Source: Macrostomum lignano
Lineage: Eukaryota
Assembly (NCBI GenBank): GCA_002269645.1
Contig: NIVC01002882.1
Coordinates: 62,001-126,000, forward strand
DNA length: 64,000 nucleotides
Direction of reading: 5' to 3'
Shown: positions 26,796-38,889 of the stretch, one piece after another
Layout of the letters: each line of letters begins with the position of its first letter
Position numbering within the stretch: position 1 is the first letter of the stretch
Translations under genes and position numbers: made by a program
Notes under the pieces: model-generated
Seen by the model: the letters and a program-made list of their open reading frames with translations, nothing else
What the model was told of the DNA's origin: nothing
The model's database searches: none

Positions 26796-27111
26796 GACTC
26801 TATCAAATAGTATCAATCATTTAGAATTAAAATGCTTTCCCTTCTCTAACGAAAGCCCAACAATGCATTTCTACCGTATACGAGTAGACAGAGCACCTAT
26901 GCATCTGCTAAAAAACGCTTATCTGCTAAAGAGCGTAAAATCGCATAACTTTTAAATCGAACCGATAGAAGTGCATAATTTGTTTTTATATTTTTTTCGT
27001 CGATTCTCAAATAATTTTTTTCACTCCCAGACAAATTTCAATCAACAGTCCTGCTATAAAATGCCTTGAAGCAGATGGAGTTGCCGATTCACTTAGGCAG
27101 GCAGCTTTGTC

Positions 27112-27852
27112 ATGGGACACGAGGGGCCCTGCTGTCACGGCTGCTCCGAGTGCAGGTGAGACTGGGGGGGGGACTGAATGACCTTATCCACGTGGTTTCA
27201 TAATCTTATGAGCTGGCTCATGAACTCACTCATGAACTCACTCATGAACTCACTCATGATCTCACTCATGAATTCACTCATGAACTCACTCATGAACTCA
27301 CTCATGAACTCACTCATGAACTCACTCATGAACTCACTCATGAACTTACCCGCTCCCCCACTCACAGGACAGTCCGCAGCTACCAGAAATGGAAGTTCAG
27401 TGCCAGCCAGTCGAGGCCCTGCTGCTGCCTGGCAGTCCCCTCCAAACGGTGCTGCCACGCGCGGGGGTGCAGCAAATGCGACAAGAAGGTGTCAGTTCAA
27501 GTGGCATCACTGCAATATTGGGATATGAAAGTCTCTGCGAAACTAAAAAGGAAGAAGAAGAGGGAGAGAGGGAGAGGTGGATAGAGAAAGAAAGGGAGAG
27601 GGAGAGAGGAGGGAGAGAGGGAGTCGGGAGGGAGAGAGGGAGAGGGCGAGAGGGAGAGAAGGGGAGAGAGAGTGGAGGGAGAGGGCGAGTCAGTGTCGAT
27701 TACGAGCGCAGATGCCAAGTTCTTACTGAAATCTCACACCCCTTAGCATTTTTAACTCAACTCCCCTTAACTCCAATTGCAGCCTGAAGGGCTACTGCTG
27801 TTGCAAGCACTACTATTTCAAGACGCACAGCGAAGCCTGCGGGATTCTTTAA
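27112..27852 (+). CDS. Type-A Cys/His-rich gene A1 (exon-2 donor unresolved)
   Basis: TATAAAA at ~27055; exon 27112-27155, exon from 27368, last exon 27783-27852: MGHEGPCCHGCSECRTVRSYQKWKFSASQSRPCCCLAVPSKRCCHARGCSKCDKK...LKGYCCCKHYYFKTHSEACGIL*; intron 1 holds a 12-mer repeat (27217-27345). Confidence 0.55.
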
Positions 27853-28402
27853 TCTAAGAAGTGCCATGATGCTTCTTGACAAATCGAACAAAACACTGAC
27901 ATCAAGTGCAACGTCATATTTTTTTATACAAAACCTTTTTTTCAAATCTAAGCGCTACGAATTACGAGTATCATAAAAACTACGAAAAAAACAAATCTAG
28001 GCGCGCATACATATTTTAGCTACTGTTAGTAGTCTGTAAAGAAATTTGCTTTAATAAGATGTTGAATTCGATTGATAAAATGACAATTTGTTGTTTACTG
28101 AATTATTGATGAGTGTTAATTTTTTCTTTAAGTCTCGTAACAATTATTATCTCATAAAATAATTTACATGTAACTGGATGCAATAAATGCATGATACTTT
28201 ACTTACTTAAGCAGTTGCCAGCATCTCAGAACTATACTTTTTACATACTGCTGCTCCTAGGAAAAGTCCTAACAACAGGGTACTTCCCTGTGATCGCGCG
28301 ATTACATGCATACATAAATTGTGAACAGCATGGCAGTGTATCTGGAAAAGAGCTTTGTCTGCACACGTTTAGAAATTATTTAAAGTCAAACATTGTCTAA
28401 CA

Positions 28403-29475
28403 ATGGAGTGCTGCAGAAGACGCAACTGCAATTATTGCTTGTGAGTCACTCGCTATCGAGGTATCTTGACTGGCTGTCTCACAGGTTAGGAGTGTAATAT
28501 TGCTTGTCTAACAGGTATAACCGAGTTTTTCTGAAAGGTATTAACCTTCATCTAACAGTTAATAACCTTTCTAACAGGTATTAACCTTCGTCTAACAGGT
28601 GTATTAACCTTCGTCTAACAGGTATTAACCTTTATCTAACAGGTGTATTAACCTTCGTCTAACAGGTATTAACCTTTATCTAACAGGTGTATTAACCTTC
28701 GTCTAACAGGTATTAACCTTCGTCTAACAGGTGTATTAACCTTCGTCTAACAGGTATTAACCTTTATCTAACAGGTGTATTAACCTTCGTCTAACAGGTG
28801 TATTAACCTTCGTCTAACAGGTGTATTAACCTTCGTCTAACAGGTATTAACCTTCGTCTAACAGGTATTAACCTTCGTCTAACAGGTATTAACCTTCGTC
28901 TAACAGGTATTAACCTTTGTCTAACAGGTGTATTAACCTTCGTCTAACAGGTATTAACCTTTGTCTAACAGGTGTATTAACCTTCGTCTAACAGGTATTA
29001 ACCTTTGTCTAACAGGTAATAACCTTCGTCTAACAGGTATTAACCTTCTCTGACAGGTATTAACCTTTATCTAACGGGTAATTACTTATCTAGCAGGTAT
29101 TAACCTTCATCTGGCAGGTATTAACCTAACCTATTTACCATATGCATATAAATTTCTACGCAATCTCAACGTAGAAGAATCGAAGATTACGCCATCATGC
29201 GCGATGTTCGAGTACCCTGCTGCTGCAGACACCCCGGCTGGCTTCATCCAAATGATCTGGATTCCTGCTGCTACAACCGCTGGTGCGAGCTCTGCTATGA
29301 TCGAAATTGGTAAGTTATTAACTGATTAAGCAATCATTTCCTAAAGATGCTCAAAGCTGAAAACCTGCATCTTGAACTTGTAAATTTCAGCTTCGACGGT
29401 CCCAGAAGACGGAACAGTAGAAACGGCTATCCTCATTGCTGTTGCAAGCACCACTTTTATGAGTACGAGAGCTAA
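28403..29475 (+). CDS. Type-A Cys/His-rich gene A2, 85 aa
   Basis: Exons 28403-28440, 29175-29309, 29391-29475, both introns phase 2: MECCRRRNCNYCLRIEDYAIMRDVRVPCCCRHPGWLHPNDLDSCCYNRWCELCYDRNCFDGPRRRNSRNGYPHCCCKHHFYEYES*. Confidence 0.82.
28505..29130. repeat. 21/23-bp tandem repeat (TTAACCTTCGTCTAACAGGTA) in A2 intron 1
   Basis: Direct reading. Confidence 0.95.
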
Positions 29476-29937
29476 GAAGATTGGAAGCAAAAGTGGCTGG
29501 AAAATTGATTAAACCAATATCTGCAATATGAGGTAAACTGACACAGAATATCGGTGAAATTCTGAATTAATTGAGTCAAATACTCATTTTCACATTTCTG
29601 TTTTGATTTAACTGTTGAAATCGGTTATAAACGCGGTAGATCCCAGTTCTATTTTTAGCCTTGAGCGCTTTCCAATTTCTATTTTTAGCACAGATTTCAG
29701 TGTACAGATGTCAGTGTTCCATGTACTTTATTTTGATTTAATGCACGAAATTCTACTTCATATTTACGGTATTTAAAGTTTATTTTTTTAATAAACTAGC
29801 TAATTGTGATCGGTTATACATATAATCCATGCCATCTGCATCACTTTAACTACATTTAAAAAATACGAGTCACTTTTAGAGCTTTGCATTTCTTTGAGTA
29901 TTGTCAACTCGGGGCGGTTAAAACAGTGGATCATTAT

Positions 29938-30628
29938 AGAATAGGGTAAATACCTGTAGAATAGGGTAGATCCCTGTAGAATAGGGTAGATCCCTGTAGA
30001 ATAGGGTAAATCCCTGTAGAATAGGGTAGATCCCTGTAGAATAGGGTAAATACCTGTAGAATAGGGTAGATCCCTGTAGAATAGGGTAGATCCCTGTAGA
30101 ATAGGGTAAATCCCTGTAGAATAGGGTAGATCCCTGTAGAATAGGGTAAATACCTGTAGAATAGGGTAAATACCTGTAGAATAGGGTAGATCCCTGTAGA
30201 ATAGGGTAGATACCTGCAGAATGGGGTATATTCTGTAGAATGGGGTAGATACCTGTAGAATGGGGTAGATTCTGCAGAATGGGGTAGATCCCTGTAGAAT
30301 AGGGTAGATCCCTGTAGAATAGGGTAGATCCCTGTAGAATAGGTTAGATACCTGTAGAATGGGGTAGATCCTGCAGAATGGGGTAGATCCCTGTAGAATA
30401 GGGTAGATACCTGTAGATTGGGGTAGATACCTGTAGAATAGGGTAAATACCTGTAGAATGGGGTAGATACCTGTAGAATAGGGTAAATACCTGTAGAATG
30501 GGGTAGATCCCTGTAGAATAGGGTAGATACCTGTAGATTGGGGTAGATCCCTGTAGAATAGGGTAGATACCTGTAGATTGGGGTAGATACCTGTAGAATA
30601 GGGTAAATACCTGTAGAATGGGGTAGAT
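29938..30628. repeat. 20-bp tandem repeat (CTGTAGAATAGGGTAGATCC)
   Basis: Direct reading. Confidence 0.95.
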
Positions 30629-30677
30629 CATGTTGGCACCAGGTTGATCAAGGGTAAAACGAGATTGATTGGATCGA

Positions 30678-31125
30678 GAACTGACGTTCCTGACAACCCA
30701 AACTGATATTCCTTACTGTACAACCCAAACTGACGTTCCTGACAACCCAAACTGACGTTCCTGACAACCCAAACTGACGTTCCTGACAACCCAAACTGAC
30801 GTTCCTGACAACCCAAACTGACGTTCCTGACAACCCAATCTGACATTCCTGACAACCCAAACTGACGTTCCTGACAACCCAAACTGACGTTCCTGACAAC
30901 CCAAACTGACGTTCCTGGCAACCCAAACTGACGTTCCTGGCAACCCAAACTGACGTTCCTGGCAACCCAAACTGACGTTCCTGACAACCCAAACTGACGT
31001 TCCTGGCAACCCAAACTGACGTTCCTGACAACCCAATCTGACGTTCCTGACAACCCAAACTGACGTTCCTGACAACCCAAACTGACGTTCCTGACAATCC
31101 AAACTGACGTTCCTGACAACCCAAA
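30678..31125. repeat. 22-bp tandem repeat (CTGACGTTCCTGACAACCCAAA)
   Basis: Direct reading. Confidence 0.95.
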
Positions 31126-31732
31126 CGGGACCAAAGTGACTTAAGTTGTGTTTCTGAGTAAAGGAGTCAGTAGAGAATCTAAACAGGTGCATATAGTCAG
31201 AGTTGCTGACTTTTTCGATTTTCGTTTTCACTAATCTTTACTGTTTTTTCTATTTCTATAACTAACGCAGCACAAATTTAACGATCTGACGACAACAGGT
31301 AGTTCCGGGTGGACTTGCACGCTTTACAAGTCTAAGGATTCTGAATGAAGTTTTGAAATGAGACTTAACTGCTACTGCAAATGCCGCTTGTGTTAGCCAA
31401 CAGTTTGTCCTGACCCAGGAAACTTATCTATTGATTTGAGATTTTGGATCTCTAAAGAATCAAAAGGTTAATGGGAAGTTTTATCCAAGTGTAAGCGTCT
31501 CCAGTGACATGTGTCGAATGTTCAACCGACTTGAGTTGAAAAGCGATTTTCTAAAGTTTGAGTCAACATTGAAACACTGTGAATTATCGGGAGGCCTTAC
31601 CGTTTAATGATTGCAACAATAATTTTCAAAACGTAAACACCACGTGGTCCACTAAGCATGGAAGGTCAGCTTGCTGCTCAAGGTACAACACTCCTTCTTA
31701 CAGGGCAGTACCTTCTGGGTCATCAGTATTAT

Positions 31733-31765
31733 GGTACTGCCTGGTTTGATTATTTCTATTTAAAA
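31733..31765 (+). promoter_or_regulatory. GGTACTGCCT-N14-TATA-like promoter of A3
   Basis: Motif 31733-31742, TATTTAAAA from 31757. Confidence 0.6.
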
Positions 31766-31847
31766 CTTTGACTTTGACGAGCTGTATTGAGGGAGGAATT
31801 CCGGTCTCAAATCATTGTAAGGATCACCAGCGGCTTCCAGTGAGGCA

Positions 31848-32324
31848 ATGTCGACCTACTCTGCAGCAGGCTGTTGCAACTGCGTGAAAAAACGGAACGA
31901 CTGCGAAAACTGCGCGTAAGATATGGATTCACTGTTCGACGTTTATTCGGCGATTAATTTTATTTTTCAACTTTCAAGCTTATCAACTTTGAAAATTTCA
32001 GACGGACCAAGGCTTACGTTGCTTGGCAGAATACTAAGCTGGGTCCTCACGAGCAGCAGAGGCCTCCCTGCTGCTACATTCATCACGGGAAGAACCTCAC
32101 TGATGGCATGTGCTGCGACACAAATACCTGCCCAGTCTGCGTAAAACATCACAGGTTTGTGGAACCCATTTTGATATTTTGACAAAATTTCAATGACAGC
32201 TCTGCGCTTAGGAATCAACCGAAAATCTTTTTCAGCTTCTTTTTTTCCGGACGGGAAAAATCAACGACCTTATCCAGATTGTTGCTGCAAGCACAACGGC
32301 AAGTCGTGGAATTATAAAAAGTGA
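31848..32324 (+). CDS. Type-A Cys/His-rich gene A3 (1-bp frameshift in a T-run of exon 3)
   Basis: Exons 31848-31915, 32002-32154, 32236-32324: MSTYSAAGCCNCVKKRNDCENCARTKAYVAWQNTKLGPHEQQRPPCCYIHHGKNLTDGMCCDTNTCPVCVKHHSFFFPDGKNQRPYPDCCCKHNGKSWNYKK* after removing one T at 32240-32246. Confidence 0.75.
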
Positions 32325-33059
32325 TTAACTCTTAATTAACACTGACTGAACCAATTATGAGCTTAATATGTGCTCATTGCATTACAAGCATGACCTAATC
32401 AATGCTATCAGTGCGTGGCTGCTTATAAAGAATTGAAACGTCTTGTATTCGTAACTTGAAATTAAATAAATCATGAAATTTTGCACCGTGTTATCCATCT
32501 CGAACACAACAAGTATTTAGAGAACGGTGACTATCCGTAGCATAAATGCCTCTTGAGCAAATGCCTGACGTTTTTTCAAAACTGCCATAGTTAGCCTCAA
32601 TTAAAGCATTGTTTTTGTGTATGAAAAATAAATTAGACAGAAGTTAAAAAGTAGCCAAAAAGTCACCCACATCTACAACCCAATCGTTTAAAGTCCAAAA
32701 GTATTATTAGCTACTCAGTTGTTGCACGAAGTCTAGTTGTGTACTTTTACAAATTTACCATAGACAGTTGAACTTTTAGAAATTCTCTGCAATAATGCTC
32801 GTACTCGCAACTATAAAGTTTTATTTGCTGGCTATTTTTATAAAAGTACATTGGTTTTACTGCATTGACGACGTGTACAACACGTGCGTACACACACTAC
32901 TACGCGGTAGATTCCTGTTCTATTTTTAGAAATGATGTCCATTTTTTCCGAGAGAAAGCACACACGCTTTGAGAAAAACACCAAGTGTAAAGCCGGAAGG
33001 AATGCCACAGCTTGTAGTTGACCACCTACCAAGTTTCTGACAGTAGTGGCTCATGTTAG

Positions 33060-33615
33060 AGAGATTAGTGGGTCACGCTGCAGATATTAGTGGGTCACGC
33101 TACAGAGATTAGTGGGTCACTCTAGAGAGATTAGTGGGTCATGCTACAGAGATTAGTGGGTCACGCTACAGAGACTAGTGCGTCACGCTAGAGAAACTAG
33201 TGGGTCACGCTAGAGAGATTAGTGGGTCACGCTAGAGAGACTAGTGGGTCACGCTAGAGAGATTAGTGGGTCAGGCTAGATAGATTAGTGGGTCACGCTA
33301 GAGAGATTAGTGGGTCAGGCTAGATAGATTAGTGGGTCACGCTAGAGAGATTAGTGGGTCACGCTAGAGAGATTAGTGGGTCACGCTAGAGAAACTAGTG
33401 GGTCACGCTAGAGAGATTAGTGGGTCACGCTAGAGAGACTAGTGGGTCACGCTAGAGAGATTAGTGGGTCACGCTAGATAGATTAGTGGGTCACGCTAGA
33501 GAGATTAGTGGGTCAGGCTAGATAGATTAGTGGGTCACGCTAGAGAGATTAGTGAGTCACGCTAGAGAGACTAGTGGGTCACGCTAGAGAGATTAGTGAG
33601 TCGTGATAGAGAGAT
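33060..33615. repeat. 22-bp tandem repeat (GATTAGTGGGTCACGCTAGAGA)
   Basis: Direct reading. Confidence 0.95.
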
Positions 33616-33721
33616 TTGTGTTTCAAGCTAGAAATATGGCATGATTCATAAATGACGTAACTACAATAAAAGATGAGGCAGTTCCCTGTACCTGCCAAGT
33701 ATGCTACCTAATTGACCTCAG

Positions 33722-33752
33722 GGTACTGCCTCATAAACATATTGCTATAAAT
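33722..33752 (+). promoter_or_regulatory. GGTACTGCCT-N14-TATA promoter of A4
   Basis: Motif 33722-33731, TATAAAT from 33746. Confidence 0.65.
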
Positions 33753-33840
33753 GTTTTTATGCTAACAGGTAAGCAAGTTTATGATTTTTTATCTTTATCT
33801 CAACTATACAGCATCTTTATGAAGAGTCTGCTCAATTGAA

Positions 33841-34637
33841 ATGTCATCTTGCTGCTATTGTGTTAATCGAAGGCAAAGATGCCGGCGATGCAGGTAAAGT
33901 CGCTCACACACATCATACTAGAGCTGCAAACTAAGGAAAACATTAAAATTGATTTTTTTGCACGCAAAATTTCAGGTTCATGCAAGATTATATCGACTGG
34001 AAGAACAACCAGTTGACATACAACCAACAACCAGAGCGGACTCCGTGTTGTCATATTCACCATACACTCGAAAGTCTTACTGACGATGGCTGTTGCGACC
34101 CGGACAGATGCCAAGTTTGCATCAACAAGAGAAGGTACGTACTCTAGATTTATTAAACAACGCCAAAGTGATAATGCCAACTGACTCTTCGCTCTATTAT
34201 CAGAGCGTCGAACTCACGACTGAAAGGTCGGAGGTTCGACTCCCAAACCAACTCGGAACAATGTGTGTCCTTGAGCAAGAGACACTCAACTCTGCATTGT
34301 TTCAGTTCACCCAGCTGTAAAATGGGTGCCAGCATTAGCTGGGGTAATTGAGGGTGTGTGGCGACCCCCCAGTCCTTGGACTGAACAGCCGTACGCAGCC
34401 TTCAGCTGCGGCTGAGCTGTCGGTTGCACATCCGCCCAGTCCATTAAGACAGGTGTAGCTCGTAATTAGCTATATTAATTTAAAATCTTCGCTCTAAGGA
34501 TCAACATTAATTTAAGCATATGATACGATTTTTTCAGTGAATTTTACCACAATGGAAACCGCAGACCGCGTCCAAACTGCTGTTGCTACCATTTCTACTG
34601 GCATCAGTGCCAGACTCCGAGCTGCTCAGTTCTATGA
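33841..34637 (+). CDS. Type-A Cys/His-rich gene A4, 103 aa
   Basis: Exons 33841-33893, 33976-34134, 34538-34637, phase 2/2: MSSCCYCVNRRQRCRRCRFMQDYIDWKNNQLTYNQQPERTPCCHIHHTLESLTDDGCCDPDRCQVCINKRSEFYHNGNRRPRPNCCCYHFYWHQCQTPSCSVL*. Confidence 0.83.
34195..34460 (+). mobile_element. tRNA/CORE-like SINE copy 4, inside A4 intron 2
   Basis: GGTTCGACTCC B-box, GTGTCCTTGAGCAAG..CAGCTGTAAAATGGGTG. Confidence 0.8.
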
Positions 34638-35012
34638 GATCATTGAGTTCAGGAACTGCTGCCGCCATCAGTTTGACTGATCGAATGAAAATTACTTCAT
34701 TTTTTCATTTTTGTTTGACTCGATCATTGACTTTTCAGCTTTGAATTTTTACGAAATACGTGTTGTAGACCTAGAGTGTGAACTGTTTATTTATGTTATC
34801 TTTAAAAATCGATCTTTATTTCGCAAGAATTGTAACCTATGGATTAGCGACCAACAGGTGAATACAGCTGTTCTCTACCAATAAACTCATCAACTGAGAC
34901 TCACGAAAGGACTTACTAATTCACTTATGGACTTGCAAAGAACTCACCCAATCTTTAAGCAAAATAGATCATAAAATGCTTGTAAAAACCATGCCTGTGA
35001 CAAAACCCTAAG

Positions 35013-36003
35013 ATTAGGGTCATGTAGCCGTCACGATGGGTCATGTAGCAGTCGTGTTAGTGACATGCAGCAGTCATGTTAGGGTCATGCAGCAGTCATG
35101 TAAGGGTCATGCAGCAGTCTTGTTAGGGTCATGCAGCAGTCATGTTAGGGTCATGCAGCAGTCATGTTAGGGTCATGCAGCAGTCATGTTAGGGTCATGC
35201 AGCAGTCACGTTAGGGTCCATGCAGCAGTCATGTTAGGGTCATGCAGCAGTCATGTTAGGATCATGCAGCAGTCACGTTAGGGTCCATGCAGCAGTCATG
35301 TTAGGGTCATGCAGCAGTCATGTTAGGGTCATGCAGCAGTCATGTTAGGGTCATGCAGCAGTCATGTTAGGGTCATGCAGCAGTCACGTTAGGGTCATGC
35401 AGCAGTCATGTTAGGGTCATGCAGCAGTCATGTAAGGGTCATGCAGCAGTCTTGTTAGAGTCATACAGCAGTCATGTTAGAGTCATGCAGCAGTGATGTT
35501 AGGGTCATGCAGCAGTCATGTAAGGGTCATGCAGCAGTGATGTTAGGGTCATGCAGCAGTCATGTAAGGGTCATTCAGCAGTCTTGTTAGAGTCATGCAG
35601 CAGTCATGTTAGGGTCATGCACCGGTCATGCTAGAGTCATGCAGCATTCATGTTAGGGTCCATGCAGCATTCATGTTAGGGTCATGCAGCAGTCTTGTTA
35701 GGGTCATACAGCAGTGACGGTGGGTCATGCAGCAGTCACGTTAGGGTCATGCAGCAGTCATGTTAGGGTCATGCAGCAGTCATGTTAGGGTCATGCAGCA
35801 GTCATGTTAGGGTCATGCAGCAGTCATGTTAGGGTCATGCAGCAGTCATGTTAGGGTCATGCAGCAGTTACGTTAGGGTCATGCAGCAGTCACGTTAGGG
35901 TCATACAGCAGTCACGTTAGGGTCATACAGCAGTCGTGTTCTGATCATGCAGCAGTCATGTTAGGGTCATGCAGCAGTCATGTTAGGGTCATGCAGCAGT
36001 CAC
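35013..36003. repeat. 22-bp tandem repeat (GCAGCAGTCATGTTAGGGTCAT)
   Basis: Direct reading. Confidence 0.95.
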
Positions 36004-36081
36004 GGTGTGTCAGATGTGTTTTTCTTGTTGCTTAATAAGGTACTGACTAAACTGGATCATGAATTGCAACTGAGTTAAGGA

Positions 36082-36113
36082 GGTACTGCCTAATAATCTC
36101 ATGAGTATAAAAA
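36082..36113 (+). promoter_or_regulatory. GGTACTGCCT-N14-TATA promoter of A5
   Basis: Motif 36082-36091, TATAAAAA from 36106. Confidence 0.65.
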
Positions 36114-36216
36114 GCAGTGCCGTCTTGTCGATCAGTGGCTGCATGAATTTAAAAGAAATTGATTTAGCTACCTTGTTCCAACTGCAATCTGTTGAGTGAT
36201 TTAACTCCTAATAGAA

Positions 36217-36661
36217 ATGTCAAGCTGCTGTCGTTGCGTAGGACACCAAAGATGCGTCCGCTGCGTGTAAGTAGCGTCTGAATCATTTCTGTGTTGCTCC
36301 AGTTTATCTGAATTCGGTGTCCTTCATTTCGAAAAAAAAACATTTCAGCCTGATGAGGAAATACATTGAATGGCAAAGCAAAGCACTGAGCAGAGGTATG
36401 AGGACCCAGTGCTGCTATCTTCATCACGAGCAGGATATTCTGGCTGATGACGGTTGCTGCAAAAGAAATTGCAGTGTTTGCAACAACAACCGCAGGTTAG
36501 CTCATTTTTTGTTTTAGATATTATATAGCCTCTTAGCAACACGAAAAATATTGTAAATTTGCCTTTTCAGCAAGTACTTCTACAGCGGCAATCAACGCAA
36601 CGAGTACCCCAACTGCTGCTGCTACCATTTCTTTCCAAGTAAATATCGGGTCAATGATTAG
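36217..36661 (+). CDS. Type-A Cys/His-rich gene A5, 95 aa
   Basis: Exons 36217-36266, 36349-36495, 36571-36661, phase 2/2: MSSCCRCVGHQRCVRCVLMRKYIEWQSKALSRGMRTQCCYLHHEQDILADDGCCKRNCSVCNNNRSKYFYSGNQRNEYPNCCCYHFFPSKYRVND*. Confidence 0.83.
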
Positions 36662-37367
36662 ACAGGTACAGATCGACATGGATTGTTTGACTACAGAACC
36701 ACAATAATACGTTTTTTATAGTGTTATTTCACAATACGTCCCGTATTGTGATTATCAATAACCATTTCACTGCTAACTAAAAATCTTGAGTACCAAAACA
36801 TAAGACGTCATTATTTTCAAAAGGCGATAACAATACGAGTCATTTTTGAAGAATTCATAATTCACTTTCGGTTGCTGAAAGAATTCACATTTTGGATAAT
36901 TTTTTACCAATTCAACAAATAATCGATTGTCATATTGATGCAAGGAAGTGTATTAAAACAAATATACAATTATTCGGAATGCATGCGATTTCACATTCAT
37001 ATCTTTTTGAATATTTTTTTCCGCGTTCTAGCTTGTCAATAAATCGTTATGAAAACGAAAACTCTGAAAAACGTCAGTACAAAACATTCAATCTACTCTT
37101 TAGGTGTCTTTTCGGACACAAACACGGTAGATTCCTGTTCTATTTTAATAAGTGACAAAACCATCGCCTATGGGTTGGCCTCTTTTAGGCGTGACGCTTT
37201 ATTTTAATTTAGCAACAAAATTCAACTAAAATTCAAAATAGATTTGGGAAGTCGTCTATACATGCTGATGTGGCACCGTTCATAGTGACAATGACTTTTG
37301 AGAAACACTCAGTTACTCATTCATGCAGTCACCCACTCAGAGAACTAAGACACACTATTGACAAATA

Positions 37368-37775
<408 letters not shown>

Positions 37776-38216
37776 CTAAAATGTTAATCCCCCTTGAGCC
37801 ATGGCATCTCAGCAACTCCCCCTTGAGCCATGGCATCTCATCTTTTGCTATAACAACATCTTTAGACTCTTGGAGCAGAAAAATCTGTGGTTGAGTTGAA
37901 GTTAAAATCGCTGAACTGGTCCTTGTTAGAAGATGAAAAATGAAACTATTTGAGTTTTGCAGCTGAAAAACTTGCAGAATGTTTAATAACGAAAACGGCA
38001 TTTATTATCAGCAGTGAAATGTTTGTCAGTTTCATAGCTCTATTTAGCCATGAATCAGTTGAACCAGAGCTACTGGGAACAACCGCTTTAATCTTACAAT
38101 GCAGTACCGTGTAAACGGGTGTAGCTCGTATATGAATGGGATGCATTTTTAGTTTCCTTCAATGCTAGAAACTGCCTCAAGGAATTGCTTTTTGTTACCA
38201 GCTAAAAAGCTTAAGA

Positions 38217-38655
38217 ATGGTGGACTGCTGCAGCGGCAAATCGTTGTTTTTTTGGGATTGCGAAAATTGCACGTAAGTCAATCCAGCTGACATCTGAAAT
38301 TATTTTAATTTGAATTAGTCACTAAAAAGCGCCAGAGATATCCTGCTAACTTTCAGTAAGGTGAAGGACTTTGCCGCATTCTGGCACAATAATGGAGGCA
38401 ACGGAAGACTGTCTTGCAAGTGTTGCAAGCACTTCAGCAGCAATGCTGGATGCTACATTGTTTCCAACTGCAATGTGTGCAAGAAGTTCGGCTGGTGAGG
38501 ATGCCATGGGCAAATACTAGTACTAGCAGCTCTGTATATTTTTCCATACACATTTCTGTTGTTCTTACTCAAAATTTGGTTAAAATTTTAGTGCCAAAGA
38601 CAAGGACCACCCGAACTGCTGCTGCAGGCACTACTACATGTCTGGAGGACGATAA
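38217..38655 (+). CDS. Type-A Cys/His-rich gene A6, 85 aa
   Basis: Exons 38217-38272, 38357-38494, 38592-38655, phase 2/2: MVDCCSGKSLFFWDCENCTKVKDFAAFWHNNGGNGRLSCKCCKHFSSNAGCYIVSNCNVCKKFGCAKDKDHPNCCCRHYYMSGGR*. Confidence 0.8.
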
Positions 38656-38889
38656 TTAAGAATGCTAACGATTAACGGCTGAAAACTGACTTGTAACCCA
38701 TGACGCTTTATTTTTATTCTCTTATTTCTGACTAAAATTGAAAATAAATTTCGGAAAATCGTTCATTACAGTGTCAACTTGGTTGATGTGGCACCGTTTA
38801 CAGTAATATCTTTTTGAAAAACAAGTTCACTTTACCAAGAACTTTTTGTCAAATTTTACCAAGTTGAAGAGAGCTAAGCTACGTGTAGC

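Noticed and set aside
27368-27510. Wnt C-terminus or MYND finger similarity in the A1 Cys-rich frame
   Set aside because: Cys spacing does not fit and no other Wnt/MYND exons are present; better explained by the local type-A family
28360-28366. MRE-like TGCRCNC heptamers near A2 (also 31315, 33959)
   Set aside because: Short degenerate motif expected by chance and not positionally conserved, so not evidence for metal regulation
30344-31231. Periodic ORFs here and at 38846, 50562, 59509, 60385
   Set aside because: Products of tandem minisatellites; no unique coding signal
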